IMG/VR virus record: IMGVR_UViG_3300023174_009221
DNA from: a virus
Strand: one strand, 5' to 3'
Length of the DNA: 64,000 bases
In this document: positions 8,860 through 18,285 of the stretch, one piece after another
Layout: the number at the start of each line of letters is the position of its first letter
Numbering within the stretch: the first letter of the stretch is position 1
Program-made: the position numbers and the translations under genes
The notes under the pieces: model-generated
What the model was told of the DNA's origin: nothing
Seen by the model: only the letters and a program-made list of their open reading frames with translations
The model's database searches: none

Positions 8860-11367
8860 ATGTCACTAATATTAAGGCAAGTAAAAGGTAGTAAATTGAC
8901 CATTCCTGAAATGGACGACAATCTCACCTACTTAGAAAGTTTAGCTCTTTCAAATAGCGGAAGCAATTACGCACAAACCGTAGGAACTCAGCAAGTTATA
9001 TCAGACGGTGATACAGGTACAGTTGTTAGTGTATCTATAACTGTAAACAACCACCCAGTATTAGTAACCGTAACAGGAGATGCTAATAATCTTGCAGCAG
9101 CTTCTTTCTGTAGATTACAGCTTTATAGAGATGGTGGTCCAATTGGAAATGTAGTTCAATGTGAATCATCTGCAGCAAATGAAAATGTTCCCTATTCGAT
9201 TTCTTATGTCGATGAACCAGGAACTGGAACATTTACTTATACATTAGAAGCAATCCAAGTTTCTGGAGGTAATTTCCAATTTGGTGAAGTTAATGGACCA
9301 GTTATTTCAGCAATTGAATTAGTAGTAGGAACTGGTTCTGGCTTTGAAGAAAACAACAATTCTGTAGTCGACTCAACTTATTCTAATACAAAAGGTGGTG
9401 AATATAACACTATTTGTTGTTCGTGCAATTCCACAATAATCGGTGGTAGTAATAATGAAATATTAGGAAGTTACTATAATTCTGTCTGTGACAGTGGAAT
9501 TTTCGGAGGACGTAATAACACCATCTGTGACTCGGAACAATCTGTAATTATTGGTGGATGTGATAATGAAATATGCACAAGTGATAATTATAATGCAATT
9601 ATAGCTGGATGTTATAATAGAATTTGCGGAGGTGTTGATTATTCAGCTATCGTAGCAGGTGCTTGTAACGTAATTTACGGTGATGCTGATGCTGATTACT
9701 CAGCTATTTTAGCAGGTTGTTACAACCAAAACTGTTACTCAGAATATGGTGTTATATTAGGAGGTGCTTGTAACCGTTTATTGGATAATAGTGATTACAG
9801 TGGAATTCTAGCTGGATGTTGCAACACAATTGAAAACGACTCTTGTAATAGTGCTATTGTAGCGGGTTGCTACAACTGTATTTGTGGGAATAATGATGCT
9901 TCTGCAATTTTAGCTGGTTGTGCAAACCGAATCTATAGTAATTCAGACCAATCTACATTAGTGGGTGGATCTTACAATCGTATTTATAACAATAGTCAAA
10001 ATTCATCAATTATTGCGGGTAGAGATGCTTGTATTCAAGATTATAGTTGCAACTCTACAATATTAGGAGGTTATGATAACTGTATAACTTGTAATTCTTG
10101 TAACTCGGCTATAATAGGTAGCTATGATAGTTGTATGTGTTTAAATGTTCAAGGTTCTTCAATTATATCAGGTGACGATCATTGTATGAGAGGTGGTTTT
10201 TCTTATTTCACATTAGTAACTGCACCATACACACAGTATTGCACTACAGGATTTGTATGTGCTAGTTCAATGTTAGCAGGTTGTGATAATAGAATCACAA
10301 ATGAAGTAAGAAACTCTGCGATAATAGGCGGTAGAAATAACGACATCTGTGGAACAGTTTGTCAATATGACCAATGTACTAGTTATACTTGTCAAACATG
10401 TAATTCAACAATTATTGGTTCAAAATCTACATTAATTCACAACTCTTGTAATAGTAGTATAATAGCAACAAGTGAAGGGGCTATACTTTGTTCTAATTAT
10501 TCATCAGTTATAAGTTCAAAAGGATATTACTACAACTGTTCATACATTGGAGGATCTGACAGGTCTACAATAATGTCATCATATCTGTCCAGAGTAATTA
10601 ATTCAAATCAAGCATCTGTAATATCGACATCAGATTATACTTGTATTTGTGATGGTAATTCAGTTGCAATAATCGCTGCTAATGAAGGATGTATCAACAA
10701 TTCAAGTAGATCTGCTATATTAGGTGGATATGATGGATGTATCAATAATTCTAACAATACATCAATTTTAGGCGGAACATACAATATTTTAGTAAATACT
10801 TACAACTCAAGTGTTATTGGGGGTTATGGTAACCACATATGTTGTAATTCAAATGACTCTTCAATTTTAGGTGGTAGAAATAATAGGATAAAAAATTACT
10901 CTAATAAATCTTCAATAGTTGGAGGTAGTTCTAACAGTATATGTAATAATTCTTCTTACTCATCAATTATAGGTGGTCAAAACAATCAAATTAAAGACTT
11001 TTCAAACTGTTCATCAATTATAGGTGGTGGTAGTCATATAATTACTTATGGCTCTAATTGCGCAGGTATCATAGGTGGTAGAAACAATACAATTAGCGAC
11101 TCACAATGGTCATCAGTGTTTGGAGCGGTTGACTCTTGCATTTGTGGTTCAACAGGTTCTATGATATTTGGTGGTAGCTGTAATGCTATTGTTAATACTG
11201 ATAATGTTATCTTAATTCCTACATTGACTACAGCTACTTTCTCTTCCGGTAATTTTGATAAGTGGAAACTTGGAAAAACAGCTTCTGGGGCTGTTAGTTT
11301 GGATGCAAATCAATACATAGAAGTAGAGATAAATGGTATCGTTTATAAGTTAGGAGTAGTATCTTAA
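8860..11367 (+). CDS. Cys-rich repetitive (beta-solenoid) fibre/virion protein
   Basis: N-terminal LILRQVKGSKLTIPEMDDN fibre-attachment-type motif; about 16-17-aa S-x-I-x-GG-x-x-N-x-I repeats; about 53 Cys by hand count; TTAATATATA at 8831-8840. Confidence 0.75.
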   Translation: MSLILRQVKGSKLTIPEMDDNLTYLESLALSNSGSNYAQTVGTQQVISDGDTGTVVSVSITVNNHPVLVTVTGDANNLAAASFCRLQLYRDGGPIGNVVQCESSAANENVPYSISYVDEPGTGTFTYTLEAIQVSGGNFQFGEVNGPVISAIELVVGTGSGFEENNNSVVDSTYSNTKGGEYNTICCSCNSTIIGGSNNEILGSYYNSVCDSGIFGGRNNTICDSEQSVIIGGCDNEICTSDNYNAIIAGCYNRICGGVDYSAIVAGACNVIYGDADADYSAILAGCYNQNCYSEYGVILGGACNRLLDNSDYSGILAGCCNTIENDSCNSAIVAGCYNCICGNNDASAILAGCANRIYSNSDQSTLVGGSYNRIYNNSQNSSIIAGRDACIQDYSCNSTILGGYDNCITCNSCNSAIIGSYDSCMCLNVQGSSIISGDDHCMRGGFSYFTLVTAPYTQYCTTGFVCASSMLAGCDNRITNEVRNSAIIGGRNNDICGTVCQYDQCTSYTCQTCNSTIIGSKSTLIHNSCNSSIIATSEGAILCSNYSSVISSKGYYYNCSYIGGSDRSTIMSSYLSRVINSNQASVISTSDYTCICDGNSVAIIAANEGCINNSSRSAILGGYDGCINNSNNTSILGGTYNILVNTYNSSVIGGYGNHICCNSNDSSILGGRNNRIKNYSNKSSIVGGSSNSICNNSSYSSIIGGQNNQIKDFSNCSSIIGGGSHIITYGSNCAGIIGGRNNTISDSQWSSVFGAVDSCICGSTGSMIFGGSCNAIVNTDNVILIPTLTTATFSSGNFDKWKLGKTASGAVSLDANQYIEVEINGIVYKLGVVS

Positions 11368-11383
11368 TAGATAAAAATATAAC

Positions 11384-11412
11384 AAAAAACCCAGTCAAAT
11401 GACTGGGTTTTT
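11384..11412. terminator. bidirectional intrinsic terminator
   Basis: AAAAAACCCAGTC-AAAT-GACTGGGTTTTT between convergent genes. Confidence 0.85.
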
Positions 11413-12429
11413 TTATTTGTTAAATCTTGAAAAAGCATTTTGAGAAATTACTTCAAATCTTACTTCTCCAACAAAATCTTTTAAGGTTCTACTATCTGTA
11501 TATGACATGGCAGAACGCAAATAATCGGTAAAGTTTTCAGTCCAACCAGATAGTTTAGAATCAACTTTATTATATTTAGTGATTCCTTCTCCGGTTTTTA
11601 ACTCAGCTCTGTTCCAAGATTTTTGAACTTCTTTAGTAGACATCCCTCTGTAATATTTATAGACTGGCATTCCAGCATCAAAAGCCTGGAGCGCTTTTGC
11701 AGAATCGACTTGATAATATTGATCTTGTGAGTCTTTCATAAAATTCTCACCACAACTTTCTAAACATTTATTAAAGATACCACCAAGCATTACATAGTCG
11801 GCACCAAGAGCCAAGGCTTTGATAATCTCTGAATAGTTCCTAAAACCACCATCTGCGATAATTTTTGTTGGACTATCATAAGCGGTTTTGAAGTAAGCAC
11901 ATTCTTCTATAAGAGATGCCATCGGATAATGTATGGAAACATTGGCAGAGGTCGTACAAGCCGAACCTCCACCAATACCCGCTCTTATATAATCGACGCC
12001 TATTTGACAATACTTAAGATAAGTATCCGGGTTGGCGATATTCCCTACCATTAACTCAATTTTGTCACCCCAAGTTTCTTTAATTAATTTAGCAGTATCA
12101 TAAAGCTTTTGCATATGTCCATTTGCGACATCAATCAGAACCTTTTTAGGCAGTGTGGATTTTTTATCCATAAGTTCAATTATTTCATCTAATCCATATG
12201 AATAAAAGTAGTTTTCATTTCTTAAATCTGAAAACTTTATATGACGAGGAAGACAGATATTAATATTATTACTTTGAAAATGTTGAATATTAGTATCGTC
12301 AATTACTTTGTCCATAGGTGCTGTGAATAGAGGAAGCATTCCACTATAAGTTGGTTCAATTTCTTTTCTTGAAGAAATGCTACTTAGTGATTCAGGGACA
12401 ATTGAGATGTCGTTCCAGTCGAATTTCAT
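11413..12429 (-). CDS. IMP dehydrogenase / GMP reductase family protein without CBS domains
   Basis: TAPMD, IDVANGH, GNIA, AGIGGGSACTT catalytic Cys loop, ADGG, YRGMST, LRSAMSY. Confidence 0.9.
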   Translation of the reverse strand: MKFDWNDISIVPESLSSISSRKEIEPTYSGMLPLFTAPMDKVIDDTNIQHFQSNNINICLPRHIKFSDLRNENYFYSYGLDEIIELMDKKSTLPKKVLIDVANGHMQKLYDTAKLIKETWGDKIELMVGNIANPDTYLKYCQIGVDYIRAGIGGGSACTTSANVSIHYPMASLIEECAYFKTAYDSPTKIIADGGFRNYSEIIKALALGADYVMLGGIFNKCLESCGENFMKDSQDQYYQVDSAKALQAFDAGMPVYKYYRGMSTKEVQKSWNRAELKTGEGITKYNKVDSKLSGWTENFTDYLRSAMSYTDSRTLKDFVGEVRFEVISQNAFSRFNK

Positions 12430-12444
12430 AAAATTATTAGACTT

Positions 12445-12759
12445 TTAATAAAAAATATATCTATCGGATTCTTTAATACAATATACAGATATAGGATAAA
12501 GTCTGATTTCATTTTGGTTTTGTTCATCAATTAGAACTCTTAAAGTTCCGTCAATCACCTCGTCATTCAAAATTTTACAAGTTGTGTTGTTTAGACCACT
12601 GAAAATTGACCAATTGATATCATCTTCTGGTGTGATGGATAAAAAGTGTTGTTTACCAATTATTTTACCACCAAAACCATCTCTAAAATAAGCCTCTTCG
12701 ATAAGTGTTTGGATTTCTTCAGTTTTTGATAGCTCTACTTTGATTTCGTATTTTACCAT
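12445..12759 (-). CDS. hypothetical protein
   Basis: 104-aa ORF co-oriented with the reductase. Confidence 0.65.
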   Translation of the reverse strand: MVKYEIKVELSKTEEIQTLIEEAYFRDGFGGKIIGKQHFLSITPEDDINWSIFSGLNNTTCKILNDEVIDGTLRVLIDEQNQNEIRLYPISVYCIKESDRYIFY

Positions 12760-12842
12760 TTTAATTAAGTTTATAATCTTATGTTCTATACCCTATGATT
12801 AAAAAGTTTATAAACTTTTAGACATAAATTTGTAAAACATCT

Positions 12843-13703
12843 ATGTCTATTACATACTACAACGAGTCTTTCGAAGGTTCTCAAAAATATATTACACCAG
12901 AATCAGTAGACCTTTTTTTCTTAGATCCACCTTACTTTATAAGTGGTAGGTCAAAAAATCCAGATTTAGAAACCGGAATTAGGCAAGATTGGGACTGTCA
13001 GTGGAAAAGTGTCGATGAATATAAAACCTGGACTAAATCATACCTACAATTAGCCTACAATCAGTTAAAACAGACAGGTTCAATCTATGTTTGTATTAGT
13101 TGGCAACATTCACCTATCATTCACCAGACTCTACAAGAAGTAGGATTTAATGTTATTAATAGAATTACCTGGAAAAGAGATAAAGGCAGAGGTGCTAATA
13201 AAAACTGGAAATCCATGCACGAAGATATTTTCTTTGCTACAAAAGATAAAAATAGTTGGACTTTTAACATAGATAATGTTAAAATTAAAAAGAATGTTGT
13301 AGCTCCATACCGAAATGCTGATGGCACACCAAAGGACTGGTGGGAAGATGAAGACGGAAATAAAGTTCGTTTAACTTATCCTGGAAACCTGTGGGATGAA
13401 TTTTGTGTTCCGTATTGGAGTATGATAGAAGTAAAGTCATATGCAAAGACCAAAAAAACCCCACAAAATACACTGATAAAACACAATACACAAAAACCAA
13501 AAGACTTAGTTAAAAGGGCTATTTTAGCTTCTTCTAACCCAGGAGACTTAGTATGTGATTATTTCTCTGGAAGCGGAACCACAGCCATTGCTTCAGAAGA
13601 ATTAGGTAGAAACTCAATTGTTTTTGATGTCAATAAAAACTGCATTGAAATGTTAAAAACAAGAATGCAAAATGAATTGACACGGTCCAATTTTAATATA
13701 TAG
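12843..13703 (+). CDS. beta-class amino-DNA methyltransferase (probably N6-adenine)
   Basis: DPPY catalytic motif, then HNTQKP and DYFSGSGTT SAM-binding motif. Confidence 0.92.
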   Translation: MSITYYNESFEGSQKYITPESVDLFFLDPPYFISGRSKNPDLETGIRQDWDCQWKSVDEYKTWTKSYLQLAYNQLKQTGSIYVCISWQHSPIIHQTLQEVGFNVINRITWKRDKGRGANKNWKSMHEDIFFATKDKNSWTFNIDNVKIKKNVVAPYRNADGTPKDWWEDEDGNKVRLTYPGNLWDEFCVPYWSMIEVKSYAKTKKTPQNTLIKHNTQKPKDLVKRAILASSNPGDLVCDYFSGSGTTAIASEELGRNSIVFDVNKNCIEMLKTRMQNELTRSNFNI

Positions 13704-13800
13704 AGTGTAACCGGTGGACAAAAGTCCCTATTTAGGACCGGTATAGTTTTGGCTATAGAAAAAGGGGAATTCGCTACTCCCCTTTTTCGCTTTTATACAC
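13703..13800 (+). ncRNA. candidate structured small RNA
   Basis: TTAATATATA at 13693-13702, then nested stems GTGTA/TACAC, ACCGGT/ACCGGT, GGAC/GTCC, TATAG/CTATA and GAAAAAGGGGA/TCCCCTTTTTC; no ORF; strand uncertain. Confidence 0.45.
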
Positions 13801-13801
13801 C

Positions 13802-15481
13802 CTAAAAAGTTTGATTTTGTAATATCATTTCGAATTTGATTTTACCACAATCCCATATTTTATTTATATCTAACTTAGACTCTGATATACCAGTTCTTGA
13901 TTTTCTATATCTGGATTTATGTATTTTTTTATCACCAACAACATACTTATAATCAGGATTTGAGTTATGAACAACCATAAATTTCAATTTATTATATAAA
14001 GAGCCGTTTGACCAGGAATTGTCAGCGTAACTGATAATTCTTTTTGGTTGTCTAGTTGATATGAAATAAGACAATAATTTAGAGGCTCCGCCAATGACGT
14101 TGTGGTTTAACTTATTGCAAAATCTAGATAAATTCCAACCTCCTTCTTCCATTTTATTACGACCCTCAAAATAATCAAAAGTCATTATCGATACCAATTC
14201 ACCACCATAGAATAGACCAATTCTAATAATAGATTTATCACCGCCCTGTAAATGATTTTTTTCTAAAAACTTATTAGATAATTTACTGTCTAAAATTTCC
14301 TTTACTTCACATTTTCTAGCAAATATTTTATTTTTTATCAATCCTATAAAATTTGTAATCTGTGATTCCAATATGTCTCTCTTATAAACCCAATCATCTT
14401 CCCATATGTGTATAATTTGAATACCTCTGTTCCTAAAGTGATTAGTTTTATTTATATGATACCACTTACCCTTAAAGACCTCAGAATGCCAATAGATTCC
14501 ATTAAATTCAAATCCTATACCTAATTCTGGTAGATAGATATCTATTTCTAAACCATCTCTATAGTTTCTAATAACCTCACCACAATAGACTGACTTAATA
14601 AAATTCAACAATTCAGATTCTCTTAATGAAATCAATCCAGATATTGGGTTACAAATTGTACAGAGTGGAAGATTTAATTTATAACGATGATAATAGTTGT
14701 CATATTTTATCTCGAAGTTATGCCCCACGTCACATTTCAATAAGTAAAGAGAATTTGAAATATACTTTATAAAATTTGGATCTTTCAATATCAGAGTATT
14801 TTCTTTATCAACACCAGATGATTTATAGTTGTCTACTCCCCATCTCTCTATATTTGTTTTTTTAATTTTATTTTGTATTTCACTGGACATAACTGGGTGT
14901 GTGTATCCCCATCTTTCTAAGTTTGTTTTTCTGATTTTATCTTTGATTATCTCGGCCTGAAAAGGATTTGCCACACCCAGTCTGGATTTATTGACTTTTT
15001 CTTTTTTATCTTTGACCTGTTGTAACTTTGATGGGTTATCAACGCCCCATTTATTTAGAAATGTCTCCTTAAACTTTTTATTAATAAGTTCATAATCTAA
15101 ATATTTTTTTGATTTTTTTATTTTTTCTATTACTATCTCTGCCTTAGATGCATTATCTACGCCCCATTTGTGTAAACAAGTTTCTTTATAATTTTCTAAT
15201 TTTTGAGACACCAGTTCTGAGTCACTATTTGAGCATTTTTTTGAGCAATAAATTCTATAGCCCCTTTTATAGGATAAAAATTTTACTTTTGATTTACAAA
15301 CTTTACAAATACCCTCGTTGGCACTCAACAAATATATTTTTTCAGATATGCTACTTCCTGGTCTATTTTCTAGAAAATTATAAAGATTTGGTAGATTAAA
15401 AATTACCCACGACTCTTTAACGGAGTGTAGGTTTATCTTTTCCAAATAAATCAGATATTCTTCCTTTGTAACATCATTCAT
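13802..15481 (-). CDS. homing-endonuclease-like protein: Zn motifs, KxTNxERWGVDN repeats, PD-(D/E)XK/Vsr-like nuclease, C-terminal GNAT/Mom-like domain
   Basis: CKVC..YCSKKC; five WGV-type repeats; EIDIYLPELGIGFEFNGIYWHS; LSRFC..IGGASKLL..ISYAD..WSNGSLY. Confidence 0.75.
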   Translation of the reverse strand: MNDVTKEEYLIYLEKINLHSVKESWVIFNLPNLYNFLENRPGSSISEKIYLLSANEGICKVCKSKVKFLSYKRGYRIYCSKKCSNSDSELVSQKLENYKETCLHKWGVDNASKAEIVIEKIKKSKKYLDYELINKKFKETFLNKWGVDNPSKLQQVKDKKEKVNKSRLGVANPFQAEIIKDKIRKTNLERWGYTHPVMSSEIQNKIKKTNIERWGVDNYKSSGVDKENTLILKDPNFIKYISNSLYLLKCDVGHNFEIKYDNYYHRYKLNLPLCTICNPISGLISLRESELLNFIKSVYCGEVIRNYRDGLEIDIYLPELGIGFEFNGIYWHSEVFKGKWYHINKTNHFRNRGIQIIHIWEDDWVYKRDILESQITNFIGLIKNKIFARKCEVKEILDSKLSNKFLEKNHLQGGDKSIIRIGLFYGGELVSIMTFDYFEGRNKMEEGGWNLSRFCNKLNHNVIGGASKLLSYFISTRQPKRIISYADNSWSNGSLYNKLKFMVVHNSNPDYKYVVGDKKIHKSRYRKSRTGISESKLDINKIWDCGKIKFEMILQNQTF

Positions 15482-15582
15482 AATATATATATTATAATAA
15501 CATCTCTACCCGCGAAGAAATTGAAAAAGAGTATAAAACAAAACAGTATTTATATAATATATAACCTAAATAAAAATAATAA

Positions 15583-16542
15583 ATGAAAGAACACATACTA
15601 ACTGAAAATCCAAATCGTTTTGTACTTTTTCCACTAAAATATAATGATATCTGGGAACTTTATAAAACTGCTGAGCATTCATTTTGGACTGCCGAGGAAA
15701 TTGATTTAGTTCAGGATTTAACAGACTGGAATGAAAAATTAAATGACGATGAAAGACATTATATTAAACATGTTTTGGCTTTCTTCGCGGCCTCAGATGG
15801 AATAGTTAACGAAAACTTAGCCGAAAATTTTCTAAAAGAAGTCCAATATCCCGAGGCAAAATGTTTTTATGGTTTTCAAATAGCTATTGAAAATATCCAC
15901 TCTGAAACCTATTCTCTTTTAATTGATACTTATATCAAAGATTCATCTGAGAGGGACTATCTTTTTAATGCTATTCAAACAGTTCCAGCTGTCACTAAAA
16001 AAGCACAGTGGGCTCTTAAATGGATTAGTTCAGAATCTTTTGCTGAAAGAATAATTGCTTTTGCGGCAGTGGAAGGAATTTTCTTTTCTGGTTCTTTCTG
16101 TGCGATTTTCTGGTTAAAGAAAAGAGGTCTGATGCCGGGTCTTACATTCTCTAATGAGTTAATTTCAAGAGATGAGGGTCTTCATTGTATGTTTGCCTGT
16201 TTACTACACAACAAACACATTCAAGCTAAAGTCACCGAAGAAAGAATCAAAGAGATTATCTGCGAAGCTGTAGAAATTGAAAAAGAATTCATCACAGATT
16301 CTCTTCCAGTCGCACTGATTGGAATGAATGCAAAACTTATGCAACAATACATTGAATATGTTGCAGATTTTTGGCTTACCGAACTTGGTTGTCAAAAAGT
16401 TTACGGAGTTGAAAATCCATTTGATTTTATGGAAATGCTATCTTTACAAAATAAATCAAACTTTTTTGAAAAGAGGACCTCTGAATATCAAAAAACATCA
16501 GATAGAACAATTGATTTTGAAAATCTCGATGAGGATTTTTAA
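15583..16542 (+). CDS. nrdB: class Ia ribonucleotide reductase beta subunit
   Basis: [30 protein letters not shown] (radical Tyr), [16 protein letters not shown]. Confidence 0.97.
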   Translation: MKEHILTENPNRFVLFPLKYNDIWELYKTAEHSFWTAEEIDLVQDLTDWNEKLNDDERHYIKHVLAFFAASDGIVNENLAENFLKEVQYPEAKCFYGFQIAIENIHSETYSLLIDTYIKDSSERDYLFNAIQTVPAVTKKAQWALKWISSESFAERIIAFAAVEGIFFSGSFCAIFWLKKRGLMPGLTFSNELISRDEGLHCMFACLLHNKHIQAKVTEERIKEIICEAVEIEKEFITDSLPVALIGMNAKLMQQYIEYVADFWLTELGCQKVYGVENPFDFMEMLSLQNKSNFFEKRTSEYQKTSDRTIDFENLDEDF

Positions 16543-16566
16543 CTGTTTTTTTCTTTTTTTTTGTTT

Positions 16567-16594
16567 AACCCACTTAATTTTAAGTGGGTTTTTT
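16567..16594 (+). terminator. intrinsic terminator
   Basis: AACCCACTTAA / TTAAGTGGGTT hairpin with a T tail. Confidence 0.8.
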
Positions 16595-16610
16595 ATTTAA
16601 TATATACGAT

Positions 16611-16898
16611 ATGAAGATATTAAAATTTGCAGAGTTTGAATTAAACGAGTCTTTACCACGTAAAAAGACTGTCGATCAGTGGAATAAACTTAGAAGGATG
16701 ACAAAAGGTGTCGATATAGGTGACCGTATATCTGACTTAAACAAACAGGGAGCAAATATCCAATATTATCAGAATCCAGTAGATACTGGGATTGAATCAT
16801 ATGAAGATTATGAAGAGCATAATAAAAAGTTTGTTCCAAGTTGGAACTTAAAAGGAATGTTGTCTCCGTTTTCTGGTGAAGGGAAAAAGAAGTCATAA
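16611..16898 (+). CDS. hypothetical late protein with N-terminal tag (MKILKFAEFELNES)
   Basis: Start moved to ATG 16611, 4 nt after TTAATATATA (16597-16606); the track start lies inside the terminator. Confidence 0.75.
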   Translation: MKILKFAEFELNESLPRKKTVDQWNKLRRMTKGVDIGDRISDLNKQGANIQYYQNPVDTGIESYEDYEEHNKKFVPSWNLKGMLSPFSGEGKKKS

Positions 16899-16937
16899 AA
16901 AGATATAAATAATTCCGATTGATTTAATATATACTAA

Positions 16938-17342
16938 GTGAAATACATTAAAATATTTGAGAATTTTCTTACTACATCAGAGATAGAATCTATCTTTTGG
17001 GACTTAAAAGACAATGGATTTACTATTGATATTCACGATTTTAAAAATATTGACCAATATCTAATTGGAATAAAAAAGTTTGAAGGTTACTTAAGACCAT
17101 TTTTGATAGACTCTGAAATCATCAGTTCTATTTTAACTTTGGAAAGTTTCGCAGAGGAGCAAGGATTCAAAATTTCTAACATTTCAATAAATCATCCCTA
17201 TCATAAACAAAGTTCAAGAGACGTCACCATTTCAGATGGGGCTTTTTTTGTCAAAAGTGTGTATGGTCCACCTTTTCAACCAGAAAGGGTAAAAGTCGAA
17301 GATAAAGTTATGTGGATATCTATAAAATTAGAGAAAATGTGA
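16938..17342 (+). CDS. hypothetical late protein with N-terminal tag (MKYIKIFEN)
   Basis: GTG start 4 nt after TTAATATATA (16924-16933). Confidence 0.75.
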   Translation: MKYIKIFENFLTTSEIESIFWDLKDNGFTIDIHDFKNIDQYLIGIKKFEGYLRPFLIDSEIISSILTLESFAEEQGFKISNISINHPYHKQSSRDVTISDGAFFVKSVYGPPFQPERVKVEDKVMWISIKLEKM

Positions 17343-17424
17343 AGGAATTAAAGATGCTTAGTCAGAGTAGAGAAGAGTTGGAATTCGCATAGGTATTTAT
17401 CCTGGTTAGAAAAAAAAGGTATAG

Positions 17425-18285
17425 ATGAAGAAACTAAAAAAATATAGCATATTTCTAGAGTCTTTTCGAAAAGACACAGCAGTTTCGCGTGAATATTCTA
17501 TATTTGATTGGTTTGAGGATTTGAAAAGAGATAATTGGAATGCTTCAAATATTGAAAGACATAAAATATGGACTGAACATTTTATTGGCGAGGGTTGGTG
17601 GGATAAAATCACATCACATGTTGATAAAATATTTAAAGCTTTATCAGAAGTAAATATTAGACACATCAAAGATGCTATGCTAGAAGTTTTTGATACTCTA
17701 CCAGAACAAAAAAGTAGAAATATTTATACCGCCATTTTAAATGGAGACTATGAAAGAATTGATGATTCTAATAATTTTAAATTCAACGGCACTATGCCAA
17801 TTATGGATTTAAATGATAAAAATAGAAAAGATTATGTAATCATAAGTATTCTAATATCAATGGTCCATCCAACCCTTTACTATTCTCGTTTCAAAGAAGA
17901 TGCGGTATTAAGAGATACTAAAGAAAGTGAATATGTAACTGACCAGAGATGGCAATGTCAGAATTTTGACTTTGAACAATTTCATAAAACAGGACATCTT
18001 AGAGACTATGAATTTAGTAAAGTTCAAAAGTATTCACCTAAAAATGTCCTTTCAATGTATAGACCAGGTATAGTTATAAACATTGGTGGATGGGGTTCTG
18101 ATTCAAGATACACTGGTGAAATGTATTTAGATGATTTAGAAGCTGCACTAGACGCGGTAATTGAGGTTGTAGAATCAGAGGTTGATTACGAAGAAGTTAT
18201 TTGGCCATATACAAGAGGTGAGAGACATTATGACACATCAAAACCTATATATGAATATGATTTAAAAATATTACTTAAAATGTGA
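17425..18285 (+). CDS. hypothetical protein with N-terminal tag (MKKLKKYSIFLES)
   Basis: 286-aa ORF within the tagged-gene cluster. Confidence 0.75.
   Translation: MKKLKKYSIFLESFRKDTAVSREYSIFDWFEDLKRDNWNASNIERHKIWTEHFIGEGWWDKITSHVDKIFKALSEVNIRHIKDAMLEVFDTLPEQKSRNIYTAILNGDYERIDDSNNFKFNGTMPIMDLNDKNRKDYVIISILISMVHPTLYYSRFKEDAVLRDTKESEYVTDQRWQCQNFDFEQFHKTGHLRDYEFSKVQKYSPKNVLSMYRPGIVINIGGWGSDSRYTGEMYLDDLEAALDAVIEVVESEVDYEEVIWPYTRGERHYDTSKPIYEYDLKILLKM

Noticed and set aside
12843-15481. Methylase plus convergent nuclease as a type II restriction-modification pair
   Set aside because: The nuclease has repeat/Zn-ribbon homing-type architecture and a separate promoter; adjacency alone is insufficient, though not formally excluded
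17343-17424. Purine-rich intergenic stretch that looks like a gene remnant or readthrough extension
   Set aside because: No credible start; readthrough of the TGA meets TAA after two codons; too short to support a call
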